This document shows positions 10,478-20,424 of a DNA stretch of 64,000 bases, piece after piece (within the stretch, counting starts at the first letter, position 1; every line of letters starts with the position of its first letter). The notes under the pieces were generated by a model. That model searched no databases. It saw only the letters and a list, made by a program, of their open reading frames with translations, and was not told the DNA's origin. The position numbers and the translations under genes are program-made. Source of the stretch: Hydrurus foetidus (taxonomy: Eukaryota); the NCBI GenBank assembly GCA_900617105.1, contig UYFQ01000506.1, forward strand, positions 1 through 64,000, in the 5' to 3' direction.

Positions 10478-12644
10478 TTAAGCCTCCCAACCCTTGTCCA
10501 CCGCCCAGACCGCGAAGGCGTAGTCCAGGGCGATCTCCTTGAGGAAGTCGAACCGGCCCGAGGCCCCGCCGTGGCCGGCGTCCATGTTGATCTTCAGCAG
10601 GACGGGCCGGCCGCTGGTGCTGGCCGGGCGCAGCTTGGCCACCCACTTCTCGGGCTCCCAGTAGGTGACGCGCGGGTCCGACAGACCGCCCGTGGCCAGC
10701 ACCGCCGGATAGGGCTTGGCCTCGACATTGTCATAGGGGCTGTAGCTGGCGATGTAGTCATAGGCCGCCGCGTCCTCCAGCGGATTGCCCCATTCGGGCC
10801 ATTCGGGCGGGGTCAGGGGCAGGGAGGTGTCGCTCATGGTGTTGACCACGTCGACGAAGGGCACTGCGGCGATGATCCCGGCGAACAGGTCGGGCCGCAT
10901 GTTGGTGATCGCCCCCATCAGCAGGCCGCCGGCCGAGCCGCCATAGGCCACGGTATTGGCAGGCTTGCCGTAGCCGGCCCCATGCAGGTGCTCGGCGCAG
11001 GCGATGAAGTCGGTGAAGGTGTTCTTCTTCCTGTCCTTCTTGCCGTCCAGGAACCAGCTCCAGCCCTTTTCAGAGCCGCCGCGCGGGCAGGCCGTGGCCC
11101 AGATCCAGCCGCGATCCACCAGCGAGAAATTGCGGATCGAGAAGCTGGCCTCCATCGAGATGCCGTAGCTGCCGTAGCCGTAGAGGAGCAGCGGCGCCGA
11201 GCCGTCCAGCTTTGTGCCCTTCTTCATCAGGATGAAGACCGGCACCTCTGTCCCATCGCTGGCCTTGGCGTTCAGGCGGCGGGTCTCGTACTGGCTGGGA
11301 TCGTGGCCCGAGGGGATTTCCTGGGTCTTGCGCAGGGTCCGCTCGCGCGTCGCCATGTCGTAGTCGAACCACTGCCGGGGCGTGGTCATGGAGTTGTAGA
11401 CGAAGCGCACCGTGGTGGTGTCGTACTCGTAGCCGCCCTCCAGGCTCAGCGCATAGGCGGCCTCGTCGAAGTCGACGACGTGCTCCTCGCCCGCTTTCGC
11501 CGTGATGACGATGCGGTTGACCGCGTCCACCTTTTCCAGCCGCGCGAAGTGGTTCTGGAAGGCGATCATGCCGACGATCAGCCGGCCGGGCGTGTGGGCC
11601 ACCCAGTCCTTCCAGTGGGTCTTGCCGGGCGTGGCTTGTGGCGCGGTGACCAGCTTCCAGTCGACGGCGCCGTCGGCGTTGGTGCGGATCACGAAGTGGT
11701 CGTTCCAGTGGTCCAGCTCGTAGCGCAGGCCGACCTGGCGCGGCTCGACGACCACCGGCTTGGCGGTCGGGTCGCCGGCCGGGATCAGCAGGGTCTCGCT
11801 GGTCTCCTGGTTGCCGCAGCTGATGACGATGAACGTCTCGGACGACACCGTGCCGACGCCGATGAAGAAGCCTTCGTCGGGCTCGTCATAGATCAGCACG
11901 TCGTCCTTGGCGCCGCCGCGGGCCGGGCGGCGATGGATGCGAGCGGGCGGCCATTGTCGTCCCGGAAGGTCCAGAACAGCCACTGGCTGTCGGGCGAGAA
12001 GCAGAAGTCGCCGGTGGTGCTTTCGACCGGGCTTTCCAGCACCGCGCCGGTCGCCAGGTCCTTGACGTGGATGCGATAGACTTCCGAACCCTGCTCATCG
12101 ATCGCAAAGGCATAGAGCCTGTGGTCCGGCGAATGGCTGGCGGCGCCGACCTGGTAGAAGGCCTTGCCCTTGGCCTCTTCGTCCAGCAGGATCTGCTCGG
12201 CCCCGCCGCCCCTGGGCTTGCGGGCATGGATCGGGTGCTGCGCCCCGGTCTCGAAGCGGGTGTAGTATTCCCACAGACCGTCGGGGGCGGGGACGGAGGC
12301 GTCGTCCTGCTTGATGCGGCCCTTCATCTCCTCGAACATCGCCGTCTGCAGCGCCTCGGTCGAGGCCAGCATGGCCTTGGTGTAGGCGTTCTCGGCGGTC
12401 AGGTGTTCCTTGACGTCGGCCTTGATCAGCGACGGGTCGCGCAGGACCTTCTGCCAGTTGTCGTCCTTCATCCACGCATAGTCGTCGGTCCGCACCCGGC
12501 CCAGCTGCTCGATGCGCTTGGGCTCCCTGGCGACGGCGGGACGGGGCGAGCGGCTTTGGATGCGGACATGGAGATCCCGGGAATGAAAACTGGACTTGAA
12601 GTAAGCACGGCGGCCGCGCTCGTCATCATCTGACGTCGGTTCAT
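10478..12644 (-). CDS. ptrB: S9A oligopeptidase B (protease II) with twin-arginine-like N-terminus (frameshifted)
   Basis: DDYAWM, YGYGSYG, GGSAGG, DPRV, AGHGG. Confidence 0.9.
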
Positions 12645-12786
12645 GATGCTTGTTTCCCCCACCAACGCGTAAACGACCTCTGCGTCAGATCGCCAGCTTG
12701 CGGGCCATGGCAGGTCTGGTCAAACTTATCTGGCGAAGCGCACCGACGATGCGCCCAGCGGGGTGAGTAAAAGAGTAGGGGCGACG

Positions 12787-13635
12787 ATGGTTTACGACCT
12801 GTCCGTCGATCTGATCCAGGCGACGGTTCAGCTTGAGCAGCCGCTCAAGGACGGTTCGCGAACGGTCGGCACCGGGTTCCTGATCGCCGACATCGATCCC
12901 GACGGCAAACCCCGCACCATCCTGATCACCGCCGCCCACGTCTTTGACCGCATGCCGTCGTTCTCGGCCAAGATCGGCTACCGCATCCAGTCCCGTGACG
13001 GCGTCTGGCGCTATGATCCCCAGACCCTGAAGATTCGCGACGGCGACCATCCGCTGTGGGTCAAGCACGCGGGGCGCGATGTCGCCGCCCTCGTGGTCGA
13101 GGCGCCGCCGGAATTCGCCAAGGCGGCGATCCCGCTGGCCTGGCTGGCCAAGGACGACACCTTCAGCCAGTACAAGCTGGGCCCGGGCGACGAGATGATG
13201 GCCCTGGGTTTCCCGCGCGGCCTGTCGGCCAATCCGGCCGGCTTTCCCATTCTGCGGTCGGGCCGCGTGGCCTCCTATCCGCTGGCCCCGGCCACCGCCT
13301 TTCCGACCTTTCTGATGGATTTCTCGGTCTTCCCCGGCAATTCGGGCGGACCGGTGTTCATGGCTGAGGGCGCGCGCCGTCGGCCGGGCGCGACCGAAAG
13401 CCAGGAAGTGCAGTTCATCGCCGGCATCCTGACCCAGCAGGTCGAGCTGTCGGGCGAGCGGCTGGAGATCGGCATCGTCACCCACGCCAAATATATCCGC
13501 GAGACCATCAGCCTGCTGGGCAAGCCGTCGCCCCCGACGGCAGCCGCACGGTCCACCCGGATCGAACCGATGGTCGAGGGCGCGACGGCCGCCTCGGCTG
13601 CGGTCTCGGCCAGCGCCATGGGCGTGGGACGCTAG
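12787..13635 (+). CDS. Trypsin-like serine protease
   Basis: GTGF, ITAAHV, DVAAL, GNSGGP catalytic motifs. Confidence 0.85.
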   Translation: MVYDLSVDLIQATVQLEQPLKDGSRTVGTGFLIADIDPDGKPRTILITAAHVFDRMPSFSAKIGYRIQSRDGVWRYDPQTLKIRDGDHPLWVKHAGRDVAALVVEAPPEFAKAAIPLAWLAKDDTFSQYKLGPGDEMMALGFPRGLSANPAGFPILRSGRVASYPLAPATAFPTFLMDFSVFPGNSGGPVFMAEGARRRPGATESQEVQFIAGILTQQVELSGERLEIGIVTHAKYIRETISLLGKPSPPTAAARSTRIEPMVEGATAASAAVSASAMGVGR

Positions 13636-13643
13636 AAGGGCTG

Positions 13644-13669
13644 GGAACCTTTGCTTGAGCGGAGCCGTT
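13644..13669 (+). promoter_or_regulatory. SigT/EcfG general-stress promoter of csbD
   Basis: GGAAC-N17-CGTT upstream of the CsbD start. Confidence 0.75.
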
Positions 13670-13704
13670 CTTGTGGGGACATTCACCCCAACAGGAGCAC
13701 AGCC

Positions 13705-13887
13705 ATGAGCACCAATCGTGTTGAAGGCGCTATCGACAAGGGCGTCGGCGCAACCAAGGAAGCGATCGGCAAGGCGACAGGCAATGAACGCCTCGAAGCC
13801 GAAGGCCTGGCCCAGAAGGCCAAGGGCGACATCCAGAACAAGGTCGGCCAGGCGCAGGACGCCATCGGCGACGCCATCAAGAAGTAG
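13705..13887 (+). CDS. csbD: CsbD family stress protein
   Basis: KEAIGKATGNERLEAEG..KAKG; AGGAG RBS. Confidence 0.9.
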   Translation: MSTNRVEGAIDKGVGATKEAIGKATGNERLEAEGLAQKAKGDIQNKVGQAQDAIGDAIKK

Positions 13888-13911
13888 GGTCCGGTCCCGA
13901 CCAGACTGACG

Positions 13912-13948
13912 AACGGCCCCGGGCGCGATCCCGGGGCCGTTTTCGTTT
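13912..13948 (+). terminator. Intrinsic terminator after csbD
   Basis: AACGGCCCCGGG-loop-CCCGGGGCCGTT followed by T-rich tail. Confidence 0.8.
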
Positions 13949-14013
13949 CAGGGCTCTACCCGATGACGTCGGAGGTAATGGCGCGTCGGCCAAGCTCGAC
14001 CTAACTTGCCGTC

Positions 14014-14799
14014 ATGACCACCACCGTCCTTACCATCGGCGAGCGTCTGCGCGACTGGCGTCAGCGGCGCCGGCTCAGCCAGCTGGACCTGGCCTGCGAG
14101 GCCGAAATCTCGACCCGGCACTTGTCGTTCCTGGAAACCGGCCGCGCCGCGCCGAGTCGCGACATGGTGCTGCGCTTGGCCGAGGGGCTGGGCGTGCCGC
14201 TGCGCGAACGCAACGTCCTGCTGCTGGCCGCCGGCTTTGCGCCGCTGTTCCCGGAACGGTCGCTGGACGATCCGGGGCTGGAGGCCGCCAAGATCGCTGT
14301 CGAGACGCTGCTGGCGGCCCATATGCCGTTTCCGGCCCTGGCGATCGACCGGCGATGGACCCTGCTGGCCCACAACGCTTCGGCGGGGCTTCTGCTGGAG
14401 GGCGTCGACCCGAAGCTGCTGGAGGGGCCGGTCAATATGCTGCGCCTGAGCCTGCACCCCGACGGCGTCGCGCCTCGCATTGTCAATCTGGCCGAGCTGC
14501 GCGGCCACATCCTGTCGCGCCTGCGCCGGGAGCTGGCCGAGAATGGCGACGCGGGTCTGGCCGACCTGATCCGCGAGTTGTCGGCCTATCCTGGTGGCGA
14601 GGCCCATCCTCGCGGCGGCGAGGGGATGATCGCCGTGCCCCTGCGGCTGAACACGCCCTTGGGCGAACTGTCGTTCCTGACGACCACAATGACCTTCAGC
14701 GGCGCGCTGGACGTGACCGTGTCTGAACTGACGATCGAGACGTTCCTGCCGGCCGATCCCGCCACGGCCGCCGCTCTGCGGGGCGTGGCGGGAGGCTGA
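14014..14799 (+). CDS. XRE-family HTH regulator with MmyB-like ligand-binding domain
   Basis: LSQLDLA..ISTRHLSFLETGRAAPSR; HMPFPALAIDRRW; ELTIETFLPAD. Confidence 0.85.
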   Translation: MTTTVLTIGERLRDWRQRRRLSQLDLACEAEISTRHLSFLETGRAAPSRDMVLRLAEGLGVPLRERNVLLLAAGFAPLFPERSLDDPGLEAAKIAVETLLAAHMPFPALAIDRRWTLLAHNASAGLLLEGVDPKLLEGPVNMLRLSLHPDGVAPRIVNLAELRGHILSRLRRELAENGDAGLADLIRELSAYPGGEAHPRGGEGMIAVPLRLNTPLGELSFLTTTMTFSGALDVTVSELTIETFLPADPATAAALRGVAGG

Positions 14800-14803
14800 G
14801 GGT

Positions 14804-15253
14804 TTAGGCCCCGTAGATGATCGAGATGGTCTCGGCCACGCAGGCGGGGCGCTCTTCACCTTCGATTTCGATGGTGCACTCGTTCTTCATCTGCAGGCCG
14901 CCCGATTTGGGCTCGGCGCTGAGCAGCTTCTGGCGCATGCGCACGCGCTTGCCGACCCGGACCATGCCGGTGAAGCGGACCTTGTCGCAGCCGTAGTTGA
15001 TGCCGCGCGTCACGCCGGTGACGTGCAGGATGCCGGCGCCCAGCATCGGGATCAGCGACAGGGTCAGATAGCCGTGGGCGATCGGGCCACCGATTTCCCG
15101 GGTGGCGCGCTCGACATCGACATGGATCCACTGGTGATCACCGGTGGCCTCGGCGAACTGGTTGACCCGCTCCTGGCTGATCTCGACCCAGTCCGAAACA
15201 CCGATTTCCTGACCAACCAGGCTGGCGATATCCGCATAGGCGACTTGTTTCAT
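14804..15253 (-). CDS. MaoC family dehydratase
   Basis: FAEATGDHQWIHVD, IAHGYLTLS, NYG.DKVRF. Confidence 0.9.
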   Translation of the reverse strand: MKQVAYADIASLVGQEIGVSDWVEISQERVNQFAEATGDHQWIHVDVERATREIGGPIAHGYLTLSLIPMLGAGILHVTGVTRGINYGCDKVRFTGMVRVGKRVRMRQKLLSAEPKSGGLQMKNECTIEIEGEERPACVAETISIIYGA

Positions 15254-15648
15254 GGCGTTCTCCCAAACACGTCTTGTGCAAACAGTTGTTTGATTGATCC
15301 CATGGCGCGGCGCATCCGGCAAGGTCGAGGGCTGGCATTGTCTGGCATGGGCCGCCCGCAGCAGGGCCTGCGGTGTGTCAATTGGACACAGCCGGGCCGT
15401 CGGCGAGCCAGATTGTGTCGCGGCCTTTCCCGGAAAATCCACGAACAAAATGAATATCCATTAGTATAAATGAAAACTTAATAGATAACTCAATGTTTAC
15501 AATTGAGGAGTTTTCGCCATCAAAAATGAGCGATCTGTTCAAGCGGGCTGATTTTCTTGATCTAACAGGGTTAGTGGAAATTTACACTTCAGGCTGTTTC
15601 GGGGATTTCTGAGCAATACCGGAAATGGGGAGCGCCTTTGCCGTGCGG

Positions 15649-15664
15649 TGGCATGCGCCTTGCG
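15649..15664 (+). promoter_or_regulatory. Putative sigma54 (-24/-12) promoter
   Basis: TGGCAT-N5-TTGCG (GG-N10-GC) about 40 nt before the ATG at 15706; AT-rich block upstream. Confidence 0.6.
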
Positions 15665-15705
15665 AAGTACCATTCGCCGAATGTTCGGCTTAGTGGAGAA
15701 AACAG

Positions 15706-16311
15706 ATGAACCGCACCATCCTGCTCACTATCGCAGCCCTGGCCGTCGCTGGTACTGCCCAAGCTCAAACGATCAACAATGGCCAAACCAACAGCTCGAA
15801 TATTCGCGCCAAGCTCAATGCGACGGTCAGCGATGTTCAAGACAAGGTTGCCCTGACTGCGGCTGGTATCGGCAACAGCGTCACTCTGGAAGGCGCCACG
15901 GCCAACACCATCAACAATACGCAGCGCTTCTTCGGCGATGTTTCGTCTGAGCTGAACGCGACCGTCCGCAATGTTGGCAAGAGCGTCGACGCGACTTCGG
16001 CGGCGATCGCCAATACCGCTTCGATCAAGGCCGACTATGTCAACGTCGTGAACAATGTTCAGTACGCCAACTATGATCCGACCGCCGTCCTCAACGCCAC
16101 CCTGACCGATATCAGCGGCGAAGTGAACGCGACCGCTGCAGCGATCAGCAACACGGCCACCATCGAAGCCGATCTGGGCCAGGTCAACTCGACCCAGATC
16201 AACTACGCCGCCGTCAACGCCACCGCCAACACGACCATTCGCAATGTCAGCGACTCGGTCTCGGCGACGGCCGCAGCCATCGGCAACACCCTGTCCGTCA
16301 AGGGTTTCTAA
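15706..16311 (+). CDS. Secreted Asn/Thr/Ala-rich protein with four ~46-aa repeats (HfaD/curlin-like candidate amyloid subunit)
   Basis: Sec signal ending AQA; repeats N[NS]xQ..LNAT..VxATxAAIxN x4; no Cys; RBS GGAGA. Confidence 0.75.
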   Translation: MNRTILLTIAALAVAGTAQAQTINNGQTNSSNIRAKLNATVSDVQDKVALTAAGIGNSVTLEGATANTINNTQRFFGDVSSELNATVRNVGKSVDATSAAIANTASIKADYVNVVNNVQYANYDPTAVLNATLTDISGEVNATAAAISNTATIEADLGQVNSTQINYAAVNATANTTIRNVSDSVSATAAAIGNTLSVKGF

Positions 16312-16319
16312 GTCGGCAC

Positions 16320-16354
16320 AAGGACGCTCGTTGAGCGCTCGCGAGCGTCCTTTA
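16320..16354 (+). terminator. Intra-operon stem-loop after the repeat-protein gene
   Basis: AAGGACGCTCG...CGAGCGTCCTT followed by TA. Confidence 0.6.
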
Positions 16355-16402
16355 CTCCCGCTTTCAGCCGCGCCTTTTCCATCCTCTTCCAGGACCTGTC
16401 CC

Positions 16403-16840
16403 ATGCTCAAGATGTTCACGCCGGCCCTGACCGTCGCCCTGATCGCCCTGCCTGTTCAGGGCGGAGCGCAGACCCTGGGTCGCGACGGAATCGGCAGCCT
16501 CGAAGCCGGCTACGGCAATGCCCGGGCCATGGAGACCGAGCGCTTCAATCCTTCCACCCGCGACAGCCAGGGCAACCGCATCATCAAGGATGGTGTGATC
16601 CAGAGCGGCGTCGGCGGCAGCCAGATCACCACCAACACCAATAGCGCCGTCTATGGCGCGGCCTTTTTCGAGAGCGGCGCCAGCAACAGCGCCACCGCGA
16701 TCGGCAATCTGGTCAATGTCACGGTTGAGGGATCGAACAATACGGTCGTGCTCAACAGTGTTCAGACCAATACCGGATCGGTTTCGGCCACGGCTGTTCT
16801 CAATGGCTCGGCCGCCAAATCGACCGGGTCCAGCCAGTAG
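16403..16840 (+). CDS. HfaA-like (holdfast anchor family) secreted protein
   Basis: Signal peptide; STRDSQGNRIIKDG; SATAIGNLVNVTVEGSNNTVVLNSVQTNTGSVSA. Confidence 0.75.
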   Translation: MLKMFTPALTVALIALPVQGGAQTLGRDGIGSLEAGYGNARAMETERFNPSTRDSQGNRIIKDGVIQSGVGGSQITTNTNSAVYGAAFFESGASNSATAIGNLVNVTVEGSNNTVVLNSVQTNTGSVSATAVLNGSAAKSTGSSQ

Positions 16841-16882
16841 CCTCCCGACGAACGCCCTCGGTCTCATAAGGAAACCAGCACC

Positions 16883-17722
16883 ATGTTGATCGCTCGCGCC
16901 CTGGGGGCCGCAGGCCTTGCGGCGGCGATCCTCGCCGTTGCGCCGCCGAGCCTGGCTGCCGAAGCGGGCGGTGACTATGCGCGGCCGATCGGCGATGCGC
17001 CGGCCACCCGCAACCCGACGCCCTATACGCCGGCCCTGATCTGCCTGGCGCGCCAGCCGCTGAGCCGGCCGATGCCGCGCATCTCGGTCGGACGGATCTC
17101 TGACATGACCGGCAAGTCCGACTTCGAGACCGGCGCCAAGATCAGCCAGGGGGCCTCGCTGTTTGCGATCACGGCGCTCGGCAAGGCGGGCTTTCCGGTG
17201 GTCGAGCGGCTGGACAATTCCGTGGCCGAGATCGAGCTCAACTATGCCCGCCAGCGCCTGCTGTCCGACACGCCCGAACTGGCCGGCAGCAGCGGTGACA
17301 ATTTCCGCCGCATCCTGGCCGGTCAGATCGCCGGCTCGTCCTACTATATCGTCGGCGGCATCACGGAGCTGAACTACAACATCCGCTCGACCGGCGCCGA
17401 CGCCCAGATCGGCGACCGGGGTTTGAATGGTGTGCGGGCCGGCGCGGCGGGCCAGACCTATGTGCTCAATATCGCCATCGATCTTCGGCTCGTAAACTCA
17501 CGCTCCCAGGAGGTGGTCGACATGGTCTCGTATCAGAAGCAGCTGGTCGGACGCAGTCTTGACCTTGGCCTGACCGCCGGAGATGACCGGATCGGCGCAG
17601 CAGCCTCCTATGGCCGCAGCGGCATGGAGCCGATGCAGGCCGCCGTTCGCACCCTGGTCGAGCGCGGCGTGTTCGAGATGATCGCCGGCTTCCGTGGGGG
17701 AGGCGAAGAATCTTTGCCTTGA
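16883..17722 (+). CDS. CsgG/HfaB family outer-membrane secretion protein, paralog 1 (no lipobox; C-terminus probably frameshifted, may extend to ~17803)
   Basis: PIGDAP..NPTPY..ALICL, VGRISDMTGK, VVER, YIVGGITELNYNIRS, IAIDLRLV, SYQKQ, EPMQ.AVR. Confidence 0.85.
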   Translation: MLIARALGAAGLAAAILAVAPPSLAAEAGGDYARPIGDAPATRNPTPYTPALICLARQPLSRPMPRISVGRISDMTGKSDFETGAKISQGASLFAITALGKAGFPVVERLDNSVAEIELNYARQRLLSDTPELAGSSGDNFRRILAGQIAGSSYYIVGGITELNYNIRSTGADAQIGDRGLNGVRAGAAGQTYVLNIAIDLRLVNSRSQEVVDMVSYQKQLVGRSLDLGLTAGDDRIGAAASYGRSGMEPMQAAVRTLVERGVFEMIAGFRGGGEESLP

Positions 17723-17802
17723 TCCGGTAACCGAACCGCAGGGCCCGCGCTCCCGGCCTATGCGGCCTCGCGGACCGTTCAAGCCCAACCGAGGACCTGG
17801 TG

Positions 17803-18857
17803 ATGTCTCAAGACCTGGGCCTGATTGCCGGCCGTCACAGTGCACGGATCGCCGCGACCCTGGTCGCGCTGATGCTGGCCGGCTGCGCCTCGACCACAGC
17901 CGACAAGGTCACGGGTCTCTATGCCCAGCCCATCGGCGACGCCCCTGCGACCACCAATCCGACGCAGTATTCGTCGGCCCTGACCTGTCTGGCGTCGAAT
18001 GCCGCCGCGACCGGGCGGGCGTCGCCCCGGGTGGCGGTCGGCGCCATTGCCGATCTGACCGGCAAGCGCGACATCACGACCGGGGCCAAGGTCAGCCAGG
18101 GCGCGTCGCTGTTCGCGATCAGCGCCCTGGGCAAGGCCGGCCTGCGGCTGGTGGAGCGGAGCGATCGGGGCATTTCCGATACCGAACTGGCCTATGCCCA
18201 GAACCACACCCTGTCGGACTCTCCGGAAAAGGCGGGCTCCGACCCCGAAAACTATCGCCCCATCTATGCCGGACAGATCGCCGGCTCTGACTTCTACATT
18301 GTCGGCGGGCTTACGGAGCTGAACTACAATATCCGCTCGTCGGGCGTGGATGCGCGTGGCGGTGATGTGGGGACGGGCGGGCTGAAGGGGTCGCTGACCG
18401 GCAGCACCTATGTGATCAACATCGCCATCGACATGCGCATGGTCGACTCCCGCTCGCAGGAGATCATCGACATCACGTCGTACCAGAAGCAGATCATCGG
18501 CCGGGAGATCAAACCCGGCGTGTTCGACTTCTGAACGGCAATGTCATCGACGTGTCCGGCGGCAAGAGCGAGCTGGAGCCCATGCAGCTGGCGGCCCGCA
18601 CCCTGGTCGAGCGCAGCATCTATGACTTCGCCAGCACGCTGCTGCAGGTCAAGCCGACCCAATGCCTGAACGAGCAGGGTGACGGCGCCCGGCCTCGCCA
18701 GGCGCGCCCCGTCCAGAGCGTCCAGGCCCCGCCAGTTGCCGCGCCGGCGCCCAAACAGGCCGCTCCGGCGGTCGCCGCGCCAGCCTACAACGGCCCGTAC
18801 CTGGATCGCTCGCGCTGGCTGGCCCCGGACCGGGGCGCGGCTCCCAACCGGCCCTAG
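17803..18857 (+). CDS. CsgG/HfaB family lipoprotein, paralog 2 (frameshift near 18531)
   Basis: LAGC lipobox; same CsgG/HfaB motifs as paralog 1; restoring one base joins DF[L]NGNVIDVSGG..EPMQLAARTLVER. Confidence 0.85.
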
Positions 18858-18867
18858 GCCCTAGGCT

Positions 18868-20389
18868 CTAGGTCTTGGCCCAGTAGGCATCCCGGATCAG
18901 CCGCTTGTAGAGCTTGCCCGTCGCATGGCGGGCAGCTCCTGCATGAAGTCGATGCGGCGCGGCGATTTCACGTGGCTGAGATTGGCGCGCACGAAGGCCA
19001 TCAGCTCGTCGGCGAGATCAGAGTGATCCTCGGCCCAGGCCAGGGGCTGGATCACCGCCACGACCTTTTCGCCCATCTCCTCGCACGGCGCCCCGACCAC
19101 GGCGGCGTCGGCCACCATGGGGTGGGTGATCAGCAGGTTCTCGATCTCCTGCGGATAGATGTTCACCCCGCCGCTGATGATCATGAAGCTCTTGCGGTCG
19201 GTCAGGTAGAGGTAGCCCTCCTCGTCGACCCAGCCCACGTCGCCCAGGGTGGTCCAGCCGTGCTGGTTGTAGCTCTCGGCGGTCTTGTCCGGGGCGTTGT
19301 GATAGTTCACCGCCGGGCCGTTGGCGAAATAGACCGCGCCCTCGGTGCGGGGCGGAACGGGATTGCCGTCCTCATCGCAGATGCGCAGTTCGCCCAGCAC
19401 GGCCTGGCCGACGCTGCCCTTGTGGGTCAGCCAGTTCTGCGAATTGATCCAGCAGAAGCCGTTGCCCTCGGTGCCGGCATAGTATTCGAAGATCGCCGGG
19501 CCCCACCAGGCGATCATCTGTTCCTTGACCGGAACCGGGCAGGGGGCGGCGGCGTGGACGGCCGATTGCATCGACGAGACGTCGTACTTGGCGCGGGTCT
19601 CTTCGGGCAGTTTCAGCATCCGCACGAAGTGGGTCGGCACGAACTGGCCGCAGGTGACCTTGTACTTTTCGATCAGGGCCAGGGCGGCCTCGGGATCGAA
19701 CTTCTCCATCACGATCACCGTGCCGCCCAGCTTGTGGACGCTCATGCACCAGCGCAGCGGCGCGGCGTGATAGAGCGGGGCGGGGGACAGATAGACGCTG
19801 TCACCACTGAAGCCGAACAGGCCCTGGGCCATCATCTGCAGGGCGTTGGGCTGGTCGATCGGGCCGCCGTTCAGCGCCGGCTTGACGCCCTTGGGTCGGC
19901 CGGTGGTGCCCGACGAATACAGCATGTCCGAGCCGGCGCTCTCATCGGCGATCGGGGTGTCGGGCATGGCGGCGCGGGCCGCCTCGAAGTCGGCATAGGC
20001 GCCATGGGCGCCGCCCACCGTGTAGAGTTTCAGGCCCGGAACCAGCGCGGGGATTTCGTCGATCAGCGACCCCATCGCCACCGAGGTGATGAACACCTTG
20101 GCCCCGCAGTCCTGCAGGATGTACTGGGTTTCGGCCGCCGTCAGCTTGGTCGAGACGCAGACATAATAGAGCCCCGCGCGCTGGGCGGCCCAGGCGATCT
20201 CGAAGAACCGGGCATTGTTCTCCATCAGGATGGCGATGACGTCGCCGGTCTGCAGGCCCAGCGAGCGCAACAGTTGCGCCCCTGGTTGGAGCGGGCGTCC
20301 AGCTGGCCGTAGGTCACGACCTCGCCGGAGCCGGCCATGATGTAGGCGGGCTTTTGCGGTTGTGTCTGGGCGTGGATGAAGGGGTGCAT
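18868..20389 (-). CDS. Acyl-CoA synthetase (AMP-binding; frameshifts near both ends)
   Basis: YSSGTTGRPKG, EYYAGTE, TLGD, DRKSFMIISGGVNIYPQEIE. Confidence 0.9.
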
Positions 20390-20424
20390 GCCGGAAGCCT
20401 CGGATGACTTTGTTGGAGATTTGA

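Noticed and set aside
18850..18872. Triple GGC[CT]CTA tandem at the junction of the hfa-like operon and the acyl-CoA synthetase
   Set aside because: Too short to distinguish an insertion scar from slippage; no matching copy seen at the left junction.
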